DNA from: Acidobacteriota bacterium
Lineage (GTDB): Bacteria; Acidobacteriota; Vicinamibacteria; Vicinamibacterales; UBA2999
Reading direction: 5' to 3'
Length of the DNA: 64,000 nt
NCBI GenBank assembly: GCA_963169195.1
Contig: CAUJDN010000054.1
Span: 28,386-92,385, forward strand
A program made the position numbers and the translations under genes. The notes below the pieces were generated by a model. That model saw only the letters and a program-made list of their open reading frames with translations, was not told the origin of the DNA and made no database searches. Below, piece after piece: positions 25,828 to 35,898 of this stretch. The number at the start of each line of letters is the position of its first letter. The first letter of the stretch is position 1.

Positions 25828-27216
25828 CTACACCGCGACGATCGCCCGCGCCGTCCCCTCCGCCTCCTCCAGCGTCGTCACCGCCCCATCCAGCTGCTGC
25901 TCGTAGACGGCGCGCAGGATTTCACCCATCCGCGGCCCAGGCGCCACGCCCATCGCGATCAGGTGCCGCCCCAGGAGAATCGGCGCCGGCGGGCGATGCT
26001 CCACGCCCAGCGACCGTGCGCGCGCGATGAACCAGTCCATCGCCGAGCAGTCGAACGCCGCGCCCCGCCCGTGGCAGTCCGCGCGCGCGAAGCGCGTCAG
26101 CAGTTCCAGGTCCACGCGCTGCGCCAGGCGGCGGAAGGCGCCGTCCTTCACCGTGTCCTTCGCCTTGTGGAACGCGCTCGGCCGCAGGTGCTCGGTGACG
26201 AGGCCCAGCACCTGCGCGCGGACGTCCACGCCGTCCAGTGTGTGGATGTTCAGGCGATCCAGGATGCGCGTCGTCGCCTCCACGCCGGCCGCCTCGTGCC
26301 CCGGCGACTTGATCCGCCCGTCCACGTGGATGGTCGTCTGCGGCTTGCCCAGGTCGTGGCAGACCGCGCCCAGCATGATGATGGCGAGCTCGGGGCGCCC
26401 GAGGTCCGCGTTCCGCCGCCGCGCCTCGTCCATCACCATCAGCGTGTGCGTCCACACGTCGCCCTCGGGATGCCACTCCGCGTCCTGCGGGCAGTCGTAG
26501 AGCGGCACCATCTCGGGCAGGATCTGCTCGATGACACCCAGCTCGCGCGCCAGCGCGAAGCCGATGGACGGCCGCGCCGCCCGGAGCAGGAGCTTCTCGA
26601 ACTCACCCCAGATGCGCTCGGCCGGCAGGTCGTCCAGCGCGATGCCGCGGCAGAGATCCTTGCTCGCCGCATCCATCGTCAGCTCGAACCGCGCGGCGAA
26701 CTGCAGCGCGCGCAGCACGCGGAGCGAGTCGTCTGCGAACGTGCGCGGATCCACCACCCGCAGCACCCGCCGTTCCAGATCCGCGCGACCCTCGCAGGGA
26801 TCGAGGTGCTCGTCCGTCAACGGGTCCCACGCGATGGCGTTGATGGTGAAGTCGCGCCGGCGCGCGGCCTCTTCGTACGACATGTCGGGGTCGCCCTCGA
26901 CCGTGAATCCCTTGTGCCCCCTACCCGTCTTCGACTCCCGCCGTGGCAGCGCCACGTCCACCGGGCCGAGCTTGTAGACCGGGAAGGCCTGGCCGACCGG
27001 CTCCACCCGCCCGAGGGTGGCGAGCAGACGCGGCAGCTCCGCCTGCGGAATGCCGAAGACCTCCACGTCCAGGTCCTTGGAGTCGTGGCCGAGCAGCCGG
27101 TCCCTGACGAAGCCGCCGACGACCAGGGCTCGGCCTCCATGAGCGCGGACGAGCTCGGCCATGCGGAGGGCTTCGGCCGGAACGGCGGTCCCACGATTGG
27201 TCCCAGGCGCGGGCAT
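25828..27216 (-). CDS. cca: CCA-adding tRNA nucleotidyltransferase with HD domain
   Basis: 462 aa with VGGFVRDRLLGHDSKDLDVEV head-domain motif and an HD motif (AVCHDLGKP). Confidence 0.9.
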   Translation of the reverse strand: MPAPGTNRGTAVPAEALRMAELVRAHGGRALVVGGFVRDRLLGHDSKDLDVEVFGIPQAELPRLLATLGRVEPVGQAFPVYKLGPVDVALPRRESKTGRGHKGFTVEGDPDMSYEEAARRRDFTINAIAWDPLTDEHLDPCEGRADLERRVLRVVDPRTFADDSLRVLRALQFAARFELTMDAASKDLCRGIALDDLPAERIWGEFEKLLLRAARPSIGFALARELGVIEQILPEMVPLYDCPQDAEWHPEGDVWTHTLMVMDEARRRNADLGRPELAIIMLGAVCHDLGKPQTTIHVDGRIKSPGHEAAGVEATTRILDRLNIHTLDGVDVRAQVLGLVTEHLRPSAFHKAKDTVKDGAFRRLAQRVDLELLTRFARADCHGRGAAFDCSAMDWFIARARSLGVEHRPPAPILLGRHLIAMGVAPGPRMGEILRAVYEQQLDGAVTTLEEAEGTARAIVAV

Positions 27217-27272
27217 CTCATCCCTGAGATTACACGCTCGCGTTGACTACAATGGCCTCCGGAGGCGCGGCC

Positions 27273-29825
27273 ATGCGAAGCGCGATGTCCGTTCGAGTCG
27301 TCCTGGCGGCCGTGGCCCTGCTGTGCGCGGCGACCACGGGGCCCTGGGCCCAGACCCAGTCCCCTCCTGGACAGCCCATCTTCCGGTCCGGCGTGGACCT
27401 CATCACCATCGACGTCGTCGTCGTGGACGGCGACGGCGAGCAGATGCCCGCCCTCACGGCCGACGACTTCGCTGTCGAGGTGGACGGCCAGCCGCGCGCG
27501 GTGCTCTCGGCGCAGTACTTCGAGGGCGCACCGCCCCTGGTTCCCGGGTCGCGCGACGCGGCGGCGGCGGCGCGGGCCGCTGCCGTGCCGGCGGACCCCA
27601 ACGCGAACCAGATCATCCTTGCCATCGACGTCGGCTCCACGAGCCCCGCCAGCCGGGACCAGGTGCTCGCCGCCGCCAACGCGGTCCTGGACCGTCTGCC
27701 GCCCGCGGATCGCGTGGCGACGGTCGCCCTGCCGTTGCGGATGGCCGAGTTCACCTTCACCACGAACCGGCAGGTGTCACGGCAGGCCCTGCAGGGCATC
27801 ACCGGCTGGTCTCCTCGCCTCGGCACGCAGCTGCCCTTCGGCATCGTCGAGGCGCAGGGCATGGATCGGGGCGAGCGCGAGTGGGAGGCCGCCGTGTCGC
27901 GCGTCTGCAACCGCGGCGACGAGTTCGTCCGCCTGGCGTGCCGCGCCGATCTCGAGGCGCAGGCGCGCGTGCTGGTGTCCGAAGCCAGCGCCCGAGCCGC
28001 CACGACGACGACGAGCCTCGAGGTGCTCCTGCGCTCGCTCGCGCGCATCGAGGGCCCGAAGACGATGCTGTTCTTCTCGGAGGAGCTGCCGACCGACGGC
28101 GCGCGCGTGGAAGTGGAGCGCGTGGCGCGGGCGGCAGCGGCGGCCCGCACCCGCATCCACGTGATGCACGCCCTGCCGGGGACCCAGGACGTCTCGAACA
28201 TGTACCTCCGCTACGAGCCCGTGAAGGAGCGACAGCGTGCGCTCGAGGGGCTCGAGCTCGTCTCCGACTGGACCGGTGGTGACCTGTTCGCGCTGGGCAC
28301 GAGCGACGAGATCGCGTCGCGCCTGGCGAGAGAGCTGTCGGGCCGCTACCTCCTGATGGTCGAGACGATGCCGGGCGACCGCGATGGCAGGCCGCACCGG
28401 ATTCGCGTGCAGACGCCGCGGCACAGGGTGACGGTGCGCGCCCGGCGGGAGTTCGTCGCCGACAACCTGCGCACGTCCTCGCCCCTTCCCGTCACGCCCG
28501 ATCCGGAGGACCGGGCCGGACCTCCCGGCGGGGCGCGCGAGGCCTCCCCGGCCAACGCCGTGGCGGCCACGGCGGCGTCACCCCTGCCGGCGGCGTCGTC
28601 GCCTGAGAGCGGCATTCCTGAGGCGACGGCGCGTGGCTCCGTGTTCGTGTCCGTCGATCCCCTGCACCCGGATCGGAAGTCCGCGGAGACGATTCAGATT
28701 CTCAACACCCTCCGCGCGGCGTTGTCGGCGCGGGGCTATTCGTCCGCGCCGTCGGCGGCCGCGGCCACGGTCCGCGTGGAGGTGACGGGCCAGCGAGTCC
28801 TCGGCGAGGGCCGCACGGCCCTCCCCACTCAGAGCCGGGGCGGATCGTCGCCGACCGCGCTCATCCGCGTGACCGTGTCGGATGGCACGCGCATCAGCGA
28901 GCTCCGCGGGCGCAACCAGGGAGACCTGGACATCACCCGGTCCGCGGCGGACGAAACCGCGAGGCTCATCGAGCGCTGGGTGGGCGGCGGCGGCGAGGGC
29001 GCGGCCGCGCCTTCCGCACCGCCCCCCGCGCCTCCGCCCTCGACCGTCCCGCCGCAGGAGCTGCTGCCCCGCGTGCGTGCGTACGTCGGGGAGTACGAGA
29101 AAGCGCTCGCCGGCATCGTGGCCGAGGAGCGCTACGTGCAGACCTACTCCCAGCGCACCGCGGCGTATCCCGCGCCGCCGCGCCTCACCCGGCGCGAGCT
29201 TCGATCGGAGATGGGATTCGCGTGGTTCCCGACGCCGGGCACGTGGTTCGGCTTCCGCGATGTGTACGAGGCCAATGGCAGGCCCGTCACGGATCGGCAG
29301 CAGCGCCTGGAGCAGCTGTTCGTGGATCGCAGGTTCCCGTCGGACGAGCAGCTCGCCCGTGTGGCCGAGTCGAGCGCGCGCTTCAACATCGGTCCCGCAC
29401 GGCGCAACTTCAACGTGCCCACCCTGGCGCTGCTCGTGGCGAGTCCCGCCAACGTGGGCCGCTTCTCCTTCGAGCTGCGCGGCTACGACGCCATCGACGG
29501 GGTGCGCGTGGCGCTCATCGCCTTCTCGGAGACGGGCTCGCCGACCCTGATTACGCGCGACGGCCACGACTGGCCCAGCCGCGGGCTGCTGTGGGTGGAG
29601 CCGGAGTCCGGCCGCATCTGGCGCACGGACATCCAGCTCACGGACCGCGACATCGAGATGCGCCAGACGACCTGGTTCACCCTGGACGGGCGCCTGGAGC
29701 TGATGGTCCCCGCGCGGATGCGGGAGCTGTACGACTACGTGGAGCGCGCGGACGAGTACGTGGAGGCCGTGGCCGACTACTCGAACGTCCGCCGGTTCCG
29801 GGTCGAGACGTCAGGACACCGATGA
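27273..29825 (+). CDS. secreted VWFA-related (acidobacterial-type) domain protein with extra C-terminal domain
   Basis: Signal peptide MRSAMSVRVVLAAVALLCAATTGPWAQ (GGAGG lies 7 nt upstream of ATG 27273). The N-terminal FRSGVDLITIDVVVVDGDG..LTADDFAVEVDGQPR pattern is typical of the VWFA-related acidobacterial family. The C-terminal ~290 aa are unassigned. Confidence 0.8.
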   Translation: MRSAMSVRVVLAAVALLCAATTGPWAQTQSPPGQPIFRSGVDLITIDVVVVDGDGEQMPALTADDFAVEVDGQPRAVLSAQYFEGAPPLVPGSRDAAAAARAAAVPADPNANQIILAIDVGSTSPASRDQVLAAANAVLDRLPPADRVATVALPLRMAEFTFTTNRQVSRQALQGITGWSPRLGTQLPFGIVEAQGMDRGEREWEAAVSRVCNRGDEFVRLACRADLEAQARVLVSEASARAATTTTSLEVLLRSLARIEGPKTMLFFSEELPTDGARVEVERVARAAAAARTRIHVMHALPGTQDVSNMYLRYEPVKERQRALEGLELVSDWTGGDLFALGTSDEIASRLARELSGRYLLMVETMPGDRDGRPHRIRVQTPRHRVTVRARREFVADNLRTSSPLPVTPDPEDRAGPPGGAREASPANAVAATAASPLPAASSPESGIPEATARGSVFVSVDPLHPDRKSAETIQILNTLRAALSARGYSSAPSAAAATVRVEVTGQRVLGEGRTALPTQSRGGSSPTALIRVTVSDGTRISELRGRNQGDLDITRSAADETARLIERWVGGGGEGAAAPSAPPPAPPPSTVPPQELLPRVRAYVGEYEKALAGIVAEERYVQTYSQRTAAYPAPPRLTRRELRSEMGFAWFPTPGTWFGFRDVYEANGRPVTDRQQRLEQLFVDRRFPSDEQLARVAESSARFNIGPARRNFNVPTLALLVASPANVGRFSFELRGYDAIDGVRVALIAFSETGSPTLITRDGHDWPSRGLLWVEPESGRIWRTDIQLTDRDIEMRQTTWFTLDGRLELMVPARMRELYDYVERADEYVEAVADYSNVRRFRVETSGHR

Positions 29826-29901
29826 CGCGGACGCAGGTGACGCGGATGCAACGCCTTGGACGGTGAGGTTGAGGCGGGGGGCGGGCGGGGAATGTTCCTG
29901 C

Positions 29902-29921
29902 AATCTGCGCCATCTGCGGCT
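29902..29921. repeat. two 9-mers AATCTGCGC CATCTGCGG; a 19-nt identical copy occurs at 41374-41392
   Basis: atctgcgccatctgcggct is identical at 29903-29921 and 41374-41392. Here it lies 12 nt upstream of ATG 29934. Confidence 0.85.
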
Positions 29922-29933
29922 AAGCTAGCGCGC

Positions 29934-30380
29934 ATGCCAATTCCCATGCGCGCATCGTCGGTGATGTCCCTCCTCGCCCTGGCCGCCGCGTTCGGCGCCG
30001 GGGTGCTCGCCGCGCCCCACTTCGGGGCCGCCCAGGCGCAGACCACCGGGAAGGTGTACGAGCTTCGCACCTACACGGCCCCGGACGGCAAGCTGGCGGA
30101 CCTGCACAAGCGCTTCCGTGATCACACACTCCGCATCTTCCAGAAGCACGGGATGACCAACGTCATCTACCTGGCGCCCATGGACGCGCCGGCGTCGCAG
30201 AACACGCTCGTGTACCTGCTCTCACACCAGAGCCGCGAGGCCGCGAAGGCCAGCTGGGACGCGTTCAGGAGCGACCCCGAGTGGAAGAAGGTGGCCTCCG
30301 AATCGCAGGTCGACGGCCCCATCGTGTCGAAGGTGGATTCGGTCTTCCTGCGGGCCACCGATTACTCACCCATGCAGTGA
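29934..30380 (+). CDS. NIPSNAP-family protein with signal peptide
   Basis: Internal ATG gives MPIPMRASSVMSLLALAAAFGAGVLAAPHFGAAQA, followed by YELRTYTAPDGKLADLHKRFRDHT..SWDAFRSDPEWKKV. Confidence 0.85.
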   Translation: MPIPMRASSVMSLLALAAAFGAGVLAAPHFGAAQAQTTGKVYELRTYTAPDGKLADLHKRFRDHTLRIFQKHGMTNVIYLAPMDAPASQNTLVYLLSHQSREAAKASWDAFRSDPEWKKVASESQVDGPIVSKVDSVFLRATDYSPMQ

Positions 30381-30391
30381 AGGAGTCCCGG

Positions 30392-30832
30392 ATGCGTTCG
30401 CGATTCAACGGACGATGGATGGTGCACGCGGTGCTGGTGGCCGTGGGCGTGACGATGATGGCGGCGCAGGCGGGGAGCCAGGCAGGGCAGCCGGCGGCCG
30501 GCGGCGGGCCCCTCTTCACCGGCACGTCCACCACGATGGACGGCACGAATCTCTCGGTGGCCCGCAGGCGCTTCGAGCCGGGCGCGCGCAGCTACTGGCA
30601 CAGCCACGACAACGGGCAGCTCCTCTACGTCGAGGATGGGCGCATGCGCACGCAGAAGCGCGGGCAGGCGATGCGGGAGCTCGGCAGGGGCGAGAGCGAC
30701 TACACCGGGCCGAAGGTCGAGCATTGGCACGGCGCGGTGCCGCACACGCACCTCATCCAGGTGAACGTCGGCTTCGGCGGCGGCACGAAGTGGCTCGAGG
30801 CCGTGACCGAGGCGCAGTACGACGGGAAGTAG
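30392..30832 (+). CDS. cupin-domain protein (secreted or membrane-anchored)
   Basis: ATG preceded by AGGAG. Hydrophobic N-terminus and cupin motifs SYWHSHDNGQLLYV and HWHGA. Confidence 0.8.
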   Translation: MRSRFNGRWMVHAVLVAVGVTMMAAQAGSQAGQPAAGGGPLFTGTSTTMDGTNLSVARRRFEPGARSYWHSHDNGQLLYVEDGRMRTQKRGQAMRELGRGESDYTGPKVEHWHGAVPHTHLIQVNVGFGGGTKWLEAVTEAQYDGK

Positions 30833-30833
30833 C

Positions 30834-31997
30834 GTGGTCACGATGGATCCCGTCATCGACCTGCTGAAAGCCCTGGTCAGGATCGACTCGGTGAACCCGT
30901 CGCTCGTGCCGGGCGCCGCGGGCGAGGCGGCCATCGCCCGCGCGCTGGCCGAGCGCATGCGCGGGATCGGCCTGGAGGTGCACGTCCAGGAGGCCGCCGA
31001 GGGCCGCCCCAATGTCGTGGGCGTCCTCGAGGGCCGCGAGCCCGGCCGATCGCTGATGCTCTGCGGCCACATCGACACCGTGGGCGTGGCCGGCATGGCG
31101 CGGCCATTCGACCCCGTGGAGCGGGACGGCCGCGTCTACGGCCGAGGCTCGCAGGACATGAAGGGCGGCGTGGCCGCGATGGTGGATGCCGCGCGCCTCA
31201 TCCACGACTCGGGTGGGCTGGACGAGGGCCGGCTCGTCATCGCCTGCGTCGCGGACGAGGAGCATTCGAGCATCGGCGCCGATGCGCTCGTGACGCAGTG
31301 GTACGCCGATGGCGCCGTGGTCACCGAGCCGACCGACCTGGCCATCGCCGTCGCGCACAAGGGCTTCGAGTGGGTGGAGGTGGAGACGGAGGGCCGGGCC
31401 GCGCACGGCAGCCGCCCCCGAGAGGGTCGCGACGCCATTCGCCTGATGGGGCGCGTGCTCACCGCGCTCGACGCGCTGGACCACCAGCTGCAGTCGCGGC
31501 CGCCGCATCCGCTCCTGGGCACGGCCTCGCTCCACGCCTCACTCATCGACGGCGGGCGCGAGCTGAGCTCGTACCCCGACCGGTGCCACCTGCAGATGGA
31601 GCGTCGCACGGTGCCAGGGGAGTCGCCTGGCCGGGGCGCCCGCGAGGTCGCCGACATCCTCGCGCGTCTGTCCGCGGCCGATCCCGAGTTCAGGGCCGCC
31701 AGTCGCCAGCTCTTCGCGCGCTCGCCGTACGAGATCGCCGCCGACCACCCACTGGTGGCCACCATGAAGCTGGCCGTGGCCGCGGCGTCCTCTGCGCCAT
31801 CTCTGTCCCCATCGGTGTCGGGGATGAGCTTCTGGACGGACGCATCGGTGTTGGGCGACGCGGGCATCCCGTCTCTGCTCTTCGGCCCGACGGGTGCGGG
31901 CTTGCACGGCGTGGAGGAGTGGGTCGAGGCTCAGAGCGTCATCACCTGCCGGAACGCGCTCGCCGAGCTCGCCAGGCGGTGGTGTTGTACTCGATAG
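30834..31997 (+). CDS. M20-family metallohydrolase (ArgE/DapE-like deacylase)
   Basis: 387 aa with LVRIDSVNPS, LMLCGHIDTVGV and ADEEHSSIGA motifs. Alternative start ATG 30843. Confidence 0.85.
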   Translation: MVTMDPVIDLLKALVRIDSVNPSLVPGAAGEAAIARALAERMRGIGLEVHVQEAAEGRPNVVGVLEGREPGRSLMLCGHIDTVGVAGMARPFDPVERDGRVYGRGSQDMKGGVAAMVDAARLIHDSGGLDEGRLVIACVADEEHSSIGADALVTQWYADGAVVTEPTDLAIAVAHKGFEWVEVETEGRAAHGSRPREGRDAIRLMGRVLTALDALDHQLQSRPPHPLLGTASLHASLIDGGRELSSYPDRCHLQMERRTVPGESPGRGAREVADILARLSAADPEFRAASRQLFARSPYEIAADHPLVATMKLAVAAASSAPSLSPSVSGMSFWTDASVLGDAGIPSLLFGPTGAGLHGVEEWVEAQSVITCRNALAELARRWCCTR

Positions 31998-32011
31998 GAG
32001 ACCTCATCCCG

Positions 32012-32947
32012 CTAGCCGCGGTCGCGCAGCAGGCTGCGCAGCACGAACGCAACGTTCGCCGGCCGTTCCCCCAGCCGGCGCATGAAGTACGGGAACCACT
32101 GCTGCCCGAACGGGACGTACACGCGCACGCCGTACCCTTCGGCCACCAGCGACGCCTGCAGGTCGCGGCGGATGCCGTACAGCATCTGGAACTCGAAGCG
32201 GTCCTTCGCATGGCCGCGCTGCTCCGCATAGCGCCTCGTGGCGTCGATCATCGCGGGATCGTGAGTGGCGATGGCGGGGAACGTCCCGTGGTCCAGCAGC
32301 TCGCGCATCAGCTCGACGAACGCGGCGTCCACCTGGTCCTTCCCCTGGAGGGCGACGGTCTTCGGTTCCTTGTAGGCGCCCTTCACCAGCCGCACCCGCA
32401 TGCCGAGCGCGTTGAGCCTGTCGACATCCCCGGGCGAGCGGGTGAGGCACGACTGGATGACGGTGCCGATGCCGCGGTGGCCTTGCCGCCAGAGCGTCTC
32501 CATCACCTGCAGCGTCCGGTCGGTGTAGGGCGAGTTCTCCATGTCCACCCGCACGAAGAACCCGTGCAGCTCGGCGGGCTCCAGGATGCGGCGCATGTTG
32601 TCCACCGCCGTTGCACGGTCCACGTCCAGCCCCAGCTGCGTGAGCTTCACCGAGATGTTGCGCTCGATGCCCGATCGGACGATCGCGTCGATGATGTGCA
32701 GGTACTCGCGGCCGGCGGCCGCGGCCTCGTCGAAGGTGGCGGAGCTCTCGCCAAGGTAGTCCAGCGTGAGGCGCAGGGAGCGCGCCGGCAGGTCGCGGAC
32801 GGCGGCAATGGCCTCCTCGACGGTCTCGCCGGCGATGAAACGCCGCGCGAAACCGCCCGGGCGCATCCCGTAGCGTGACGCCAGGCGCCTGAGGAAGTCG
32901 ATCTGTGCCAGGGAGTGGAAGAGCGCCTTCGATGTCGCGTCGATCAT
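32012..32947 (-). CDS. proline dehydrogenase (monofunctional PutA-like)
   Basis: 311 aa: FIAGETVEEAIAAV..LTLDYLGES..VKLTQLG..YVPFG, the TIM-barrel proline dehydrogenase pattern. Confidence 0.85.
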   Translation of the reverse strand: MIDATSKALFHSLAQIDFLRRLASRYGMRPGGFARRFIAGETVEEAIAAVRDLPARSLRLTLDYLGESSATFDEAAAAGREYLHIIDAIVRSGIERNISVKLTQLGLDVDRATAVDNMRRILEPAELHGFFVRVDMENSPYTDRTLQVMETLWRQGHRGIGTVIQSCLTRSPGDVDRLNALGMRVRLVKGAYKEPKTVALQGKDQVDAAFVELMRELLDHGTFPAIATHDPAMIDATRRYAEQRGHAKDRFEFQMLYGIRRDLQASLVAEGYGVRVYVPFGQQWFPYFMRRLGERPANVAFVLRSLLRDRG

Positions 32948-32968
32948 CAGCCGGGCCGTGCCCTCGCG

Positions 32969-34108
32969 TCAGTGCGTCGCGCCGGCGGGGGCGAGCAGGT
33001 GCTGAAGGCTCCGGGCGTAGTACCGGAGGACGTTGCGCTCCCGCACGCGGTACCGGCCCTGTTCGACGACGATGATGCCGCGGGTCTCGAGCGGCTCGGT
33101 GGCCGAGGCCAGCACCTCGCGGGCGGTGCGCACCCCCATGTTGGCGCCCGTGGCTCCCAGCGTGTCGAGGATCGCCGTGATGCGCGACTCGAGATCCGCC
33201 TTCGGGATGGAGGGGCGCATGGCCGCGGCCAGCACGGCGGTCGGCAGCACCTTGTACTGGCGCCCGATTTCGTGCTGCACGCGCTTCGCAAGATCCAGCA
33301 CGGATCGCCGCGACTCGGCGTCGAAGCCGTCCAGGGCGATCGGCCGGCCGAAGGTCACGAACGCCCGGCTGCGGTACCCCACCGCGTACCGGACCATCTC
33401 CGCCAGCTCGCGGCTGAACGCGCGCTGCCGCCGCTTCACCTTCTGCCGGGCCAGCACGTGGTCCTCGAGCACGAAGTCGTACGCGATGGCGACGGGCACG
33501 ATGGACATGCCGGGCACGTTGGCGCCGAGGCAGGCGCTGAACAGGCCCGTCTTCGGGTTCTTCAGCTCGCCGCTGTAGCTCCGCCCGCCCTCGGGGTAGA
33601 AGAACAGGTCCTGCGAGTGGAGGAGGGTGCCGACGTAGGCCTTCAGCGTGATGAGATACGCCGGGTCCTTCGTGTTGCGGCGGATGGGGAGCGCGCCCGT
33701 GACGTGCTTGTGAATCAGGCCCAGCGGTCCCCCGAACAGGTTGATGCCCGCCGCGATGATCGGCGGCCGCACCCCGGCATCGTCCAGGACGAGCGGCTCG
33801 ATGAGGTAGTCGGTGTGGCTGCGGTGGTTCGAGGCCCAGACCACCCGGCCCCGTGCCGTGGCCTGCACCGCGTGCGCCGTGTGCTCGCCCACGCGCTCGA
33901 TCTTGCGCAGGATGGGATAGAGCGGGTACTCGAGCGCCCGGTACAGCTCGTAACGCTGGGTGGTCCGCAGCTCCTCGAGGTACTGGAGGATGCGGGCACG
34001 CGCCTGCGCGGCGTCTCCGTTGCCCGCCAGATACCGGGCCACGTCGTCCCGGCTCAGCACCGCTTCAGTGATGTCGTCCATCTCGCGCGCGCACAGATGA
34101 TAGACCAA
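32969..34108 (-). CDS. glycerol-3-phosphate/acyl-phospholipid acyltransferase (PlsB-like)
   Basis: 379 aa with HX4D motif NHRSHTDY and an FFYPEGGRSYSG motif. Confidence 0.8.
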   Translation of the reverse strand: MVYHLCAREMDDITEAVLSRDDVARYLAGNGDAAQARARILQYLEELRTTQRYELYRALEYPLYPILRKIERVGEHTAHAVQATARGRVVWASNHRSHTDYLIEPLVLDDAGVRPPIIAAGINLFGGPLGLIHKHVTGALPIRRNTKDPAYLITLKAYVGTLLHSQDLFFYPEGGRSYSGELKNPKTGLFSACLGANVPGMSIVPVAIAYDFVLEDHVLARQKVKRRQRAFSRELAEMVRYAVGYRSRAFVTFGRPIALDGFDAESRRSVLDLAKRVQHEIGRQYKVLPTAVLAAAMRPSIPKADLESRITAILDTLGATGANMGVRTAREVLASATEPLETRGIIVVEQGRYRVRERNVLRYYARSLQHLLAPAGATH

Positions 34109-34124
34109 AGATACGGCCGCGGCG

Positions 34125-35135
34125 TTACCCGCGTTCGATCCGACGGCAGATGGCGTCCGCGAACGACGTGGTCGTGGCCGTGCCGCCCAGGTCCGGGGTC
34201 ACGTGGCCCGACTCCAGGACCTCGCGCAGCGACGTCATGATGCGGGCCGCCTTCTCGTCCTCCTGCAGGTGCTGCAGCATCAGCACCGCGGAGAGCAGCA
34301 GCGCCGTCGGGTTGGCGATGTCGCGGCCGGCGATGTCCGGCGCCGTGCCGTGGACCGCCTCGAACACGCCGACCCCGCCTTCGCCCAGGTTCGCCGACGG
34401 CACCACGCCCAAGCCGCCGACCAGCCCCGCGCACAGGTCGGACACGATGTCCCCGTACAGGTTCGGGAGCAGCAGGACGTCCATCCGCTCCGGGTGCATC
34501 ACCAGGTGCATGCACGCCGCGTCCACGATGCGGTCCTCGCAGGCCACCTCGGGGTAGCGGGCGCCGACCTGCCGCGCCGTCTCGAGGAACAGCCCGTCGC
34601 CGAGCTTCATGATGTTGGCCTTGTGGACGATCGTCACCTTGCGGCGCCGATGGCGCCGCGCGTAGTCGAAGGCGAACGCCGCGATGCGGGTCGTGGCCTT
34701 CTCGGTGATGATCTTCAGGCTCTCGACGACCCCCGGCACCACGACGTGCTCGAGCCCCGCGTAGAGGTCCTCGGTGTTCTCGCGGACGATGACGAGATCC
34801 ACGCCGGAGAAGCGGGAGGGAACCGAGGGCAGGTTCCAGACGGGGCGAAGGTTGGCGTAGAGGTCCAGCGCCTTGCGCAGGCCCACGTTCACACTGGTGA
34901 AGCCCCTGCCCACGGGGGTGGTGATGGGGCCCTTCAGCGCCACTTTGTTGCGCGCGACCGAGTCGAGCAGTGCCTGCGGCAAGGCTGTCCCGTGCTCCTC
35001 GACGGCCTCCGCGCCGGCCGAGAAGGCCTCCCATTCGGGCGCGAAGCCGGCGGCCTGCAGCACGCGCACCACCGCGCGCGTGACTTCAGGGCCTATGCCG
35101 TCGCCGGGTATCAGGGTGACTGTAGGCGTGCTCAT
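34125..35135 (-). CDS. isocitrate/isopropylmalate dehydrogenase family enzyme (NAD-IDH / homoisocitrate-DH type)
   Basis: 336 aa: TLIPGDGIGPEV, LKGPITTPVGRGFTSVNVGLRKALDLYANLRP, NLYGDIVSDL. Confidence 0.9.
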   Translation of the reverse strand: MSTPTVTLIPGDGIGPEVTRAVVRVLQAAGFAPEWEAFSAGAEAVEEHGTALPQALLDSVARNKVALKGPITTPVGRGFTSVNVGLRKALDLYANLRPVWNLPSVPSRFSGVDLVIVRENTEDLYAGLEHVVVPGVVESLKIITEKATTRIAAFAFDYARRHRRRKVTIVHKANIMKLGDGLFLETARQVGARYPEVACEDRIVDAACMHLVMHPERMDVLLLPNLYGDIVSDLCAGLVGGLGVVPSANLGEGGVGVFEAVHGTAPDIAGRDIANPTALLLSAVLMLQHLQEDEKAARIMTSLREVLESGHVTPDLGGTATTTSFADAICRRIERG

Positions 35136-35248
35136 CGATGATTGCCGAGTGGCGATGGTCGATTCACCGGGCGATTGACGACGGGTGCTTGGTCACTTGG
35201 ATTGAGGCATTGGGCAATTGCGTGATCCGGTGAGCGCACAATCGAGGT
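35136..35248. repeat. GATTG-rich element (one arm of the 12.4-kb palindrome family)
   Basis: It shares gatgattgccga and g(g/c)gattgaggcatt(c)ggg with 12426-12530. It abuts the IDH-family gene start codon; in the sense of that gene it reads ...CGGCAATCATCG-ATG. Confidence 0.8.
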
Positions 35249-35320
35249 GAACCCCAGAACCCCCGAACCCCCGAACCCCCGAACCCCCGAACCCCAGAAC
35301 CCCAGAACCCCAGAACCCGT
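35249..35320. repeat. octamer tandem repeat GAACCCC(A/C) x9
   Basis: Nine contiguous 8-bp units read directly. The array ends 2 nt from the stop (35323-35325) of the minus-strand DUF4149-like gene and is G-rich in the sense of that gene. Confidence 0.95.
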
Positions 35321-35322
35321 GT

Positions 35323-35811
35323 TCACTCCCGCGACTCCCAGAACACCAGCAGCAGCGCGCCGATTGCCGTGGCGCTCAGCAGCAGGTTCGAGAGGCCGTG
35401 CAGTTGATAGAACGACGCGCGGCGCGGGTCGTCCTGGGGCAGGGACGCGACCGGACCGCCAATCTCGCGCTGCATGGCCTCGACCCGGGGGCTGATGCCG
35501 ACGCCGGACGCCAGCGTGAGGCCGAGCATCACGCCGACGATCCCGGCGCGGATGCCGTAGGCCACCGGCCGCGGGCCGAGCAGGCGGCGGACGGTCAGCG
35601 TCACCAGCATCACGGCGGCCGCCGCGTAGAACACCGTGTGCAGCCGGCGCAGGATCTGCCCGAACACCTGCCCCGCCAGGACACGTCCCTGCTCCGGGTC
35701 CCAGCCCTCGAGCACCTCGAAGATCGTGGGCGCCGCCACGAGGCCCGCCACCGCCATCCCGCCCAGCCACACGCACAGGGCGAGGATGTACAGGTAGCGC
35801 AGCAGGAACAT
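35323..35811 (-). CDS. small 4-TM membrane protein (DUF4149-like)
   Basis: 162 aa from ATG 35811 (MFLLRYLYILALCVWLGGMAVAG...). The rest of the 810-aa track ORF is antisense to tkt and spurious. Confidence 0.7.
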   Translation of the reverse strand: MFLLRYLYILALCVWLGGMAVAGLVAAPTIFEVLEGWDPEQGRVLAGQVFGQILRRLHTVFYAAAAVMLVTLTVRRLLGPRPVAYGIRAGIVGVMLGLTLASGVGISPRVEAMQREIGGPVASLPQDDPRRASFYQLHGLSNLLLSATAIGALLLVFWESRE

Positions 35812-35898
35812 CCGACCATTATAGGTGCGGGCTGGGTGCACCCTGCACCCCCCTCTGATAAACTTTGGCGTTCCGTGCCATCCCTGGAGGGTCCCCGG

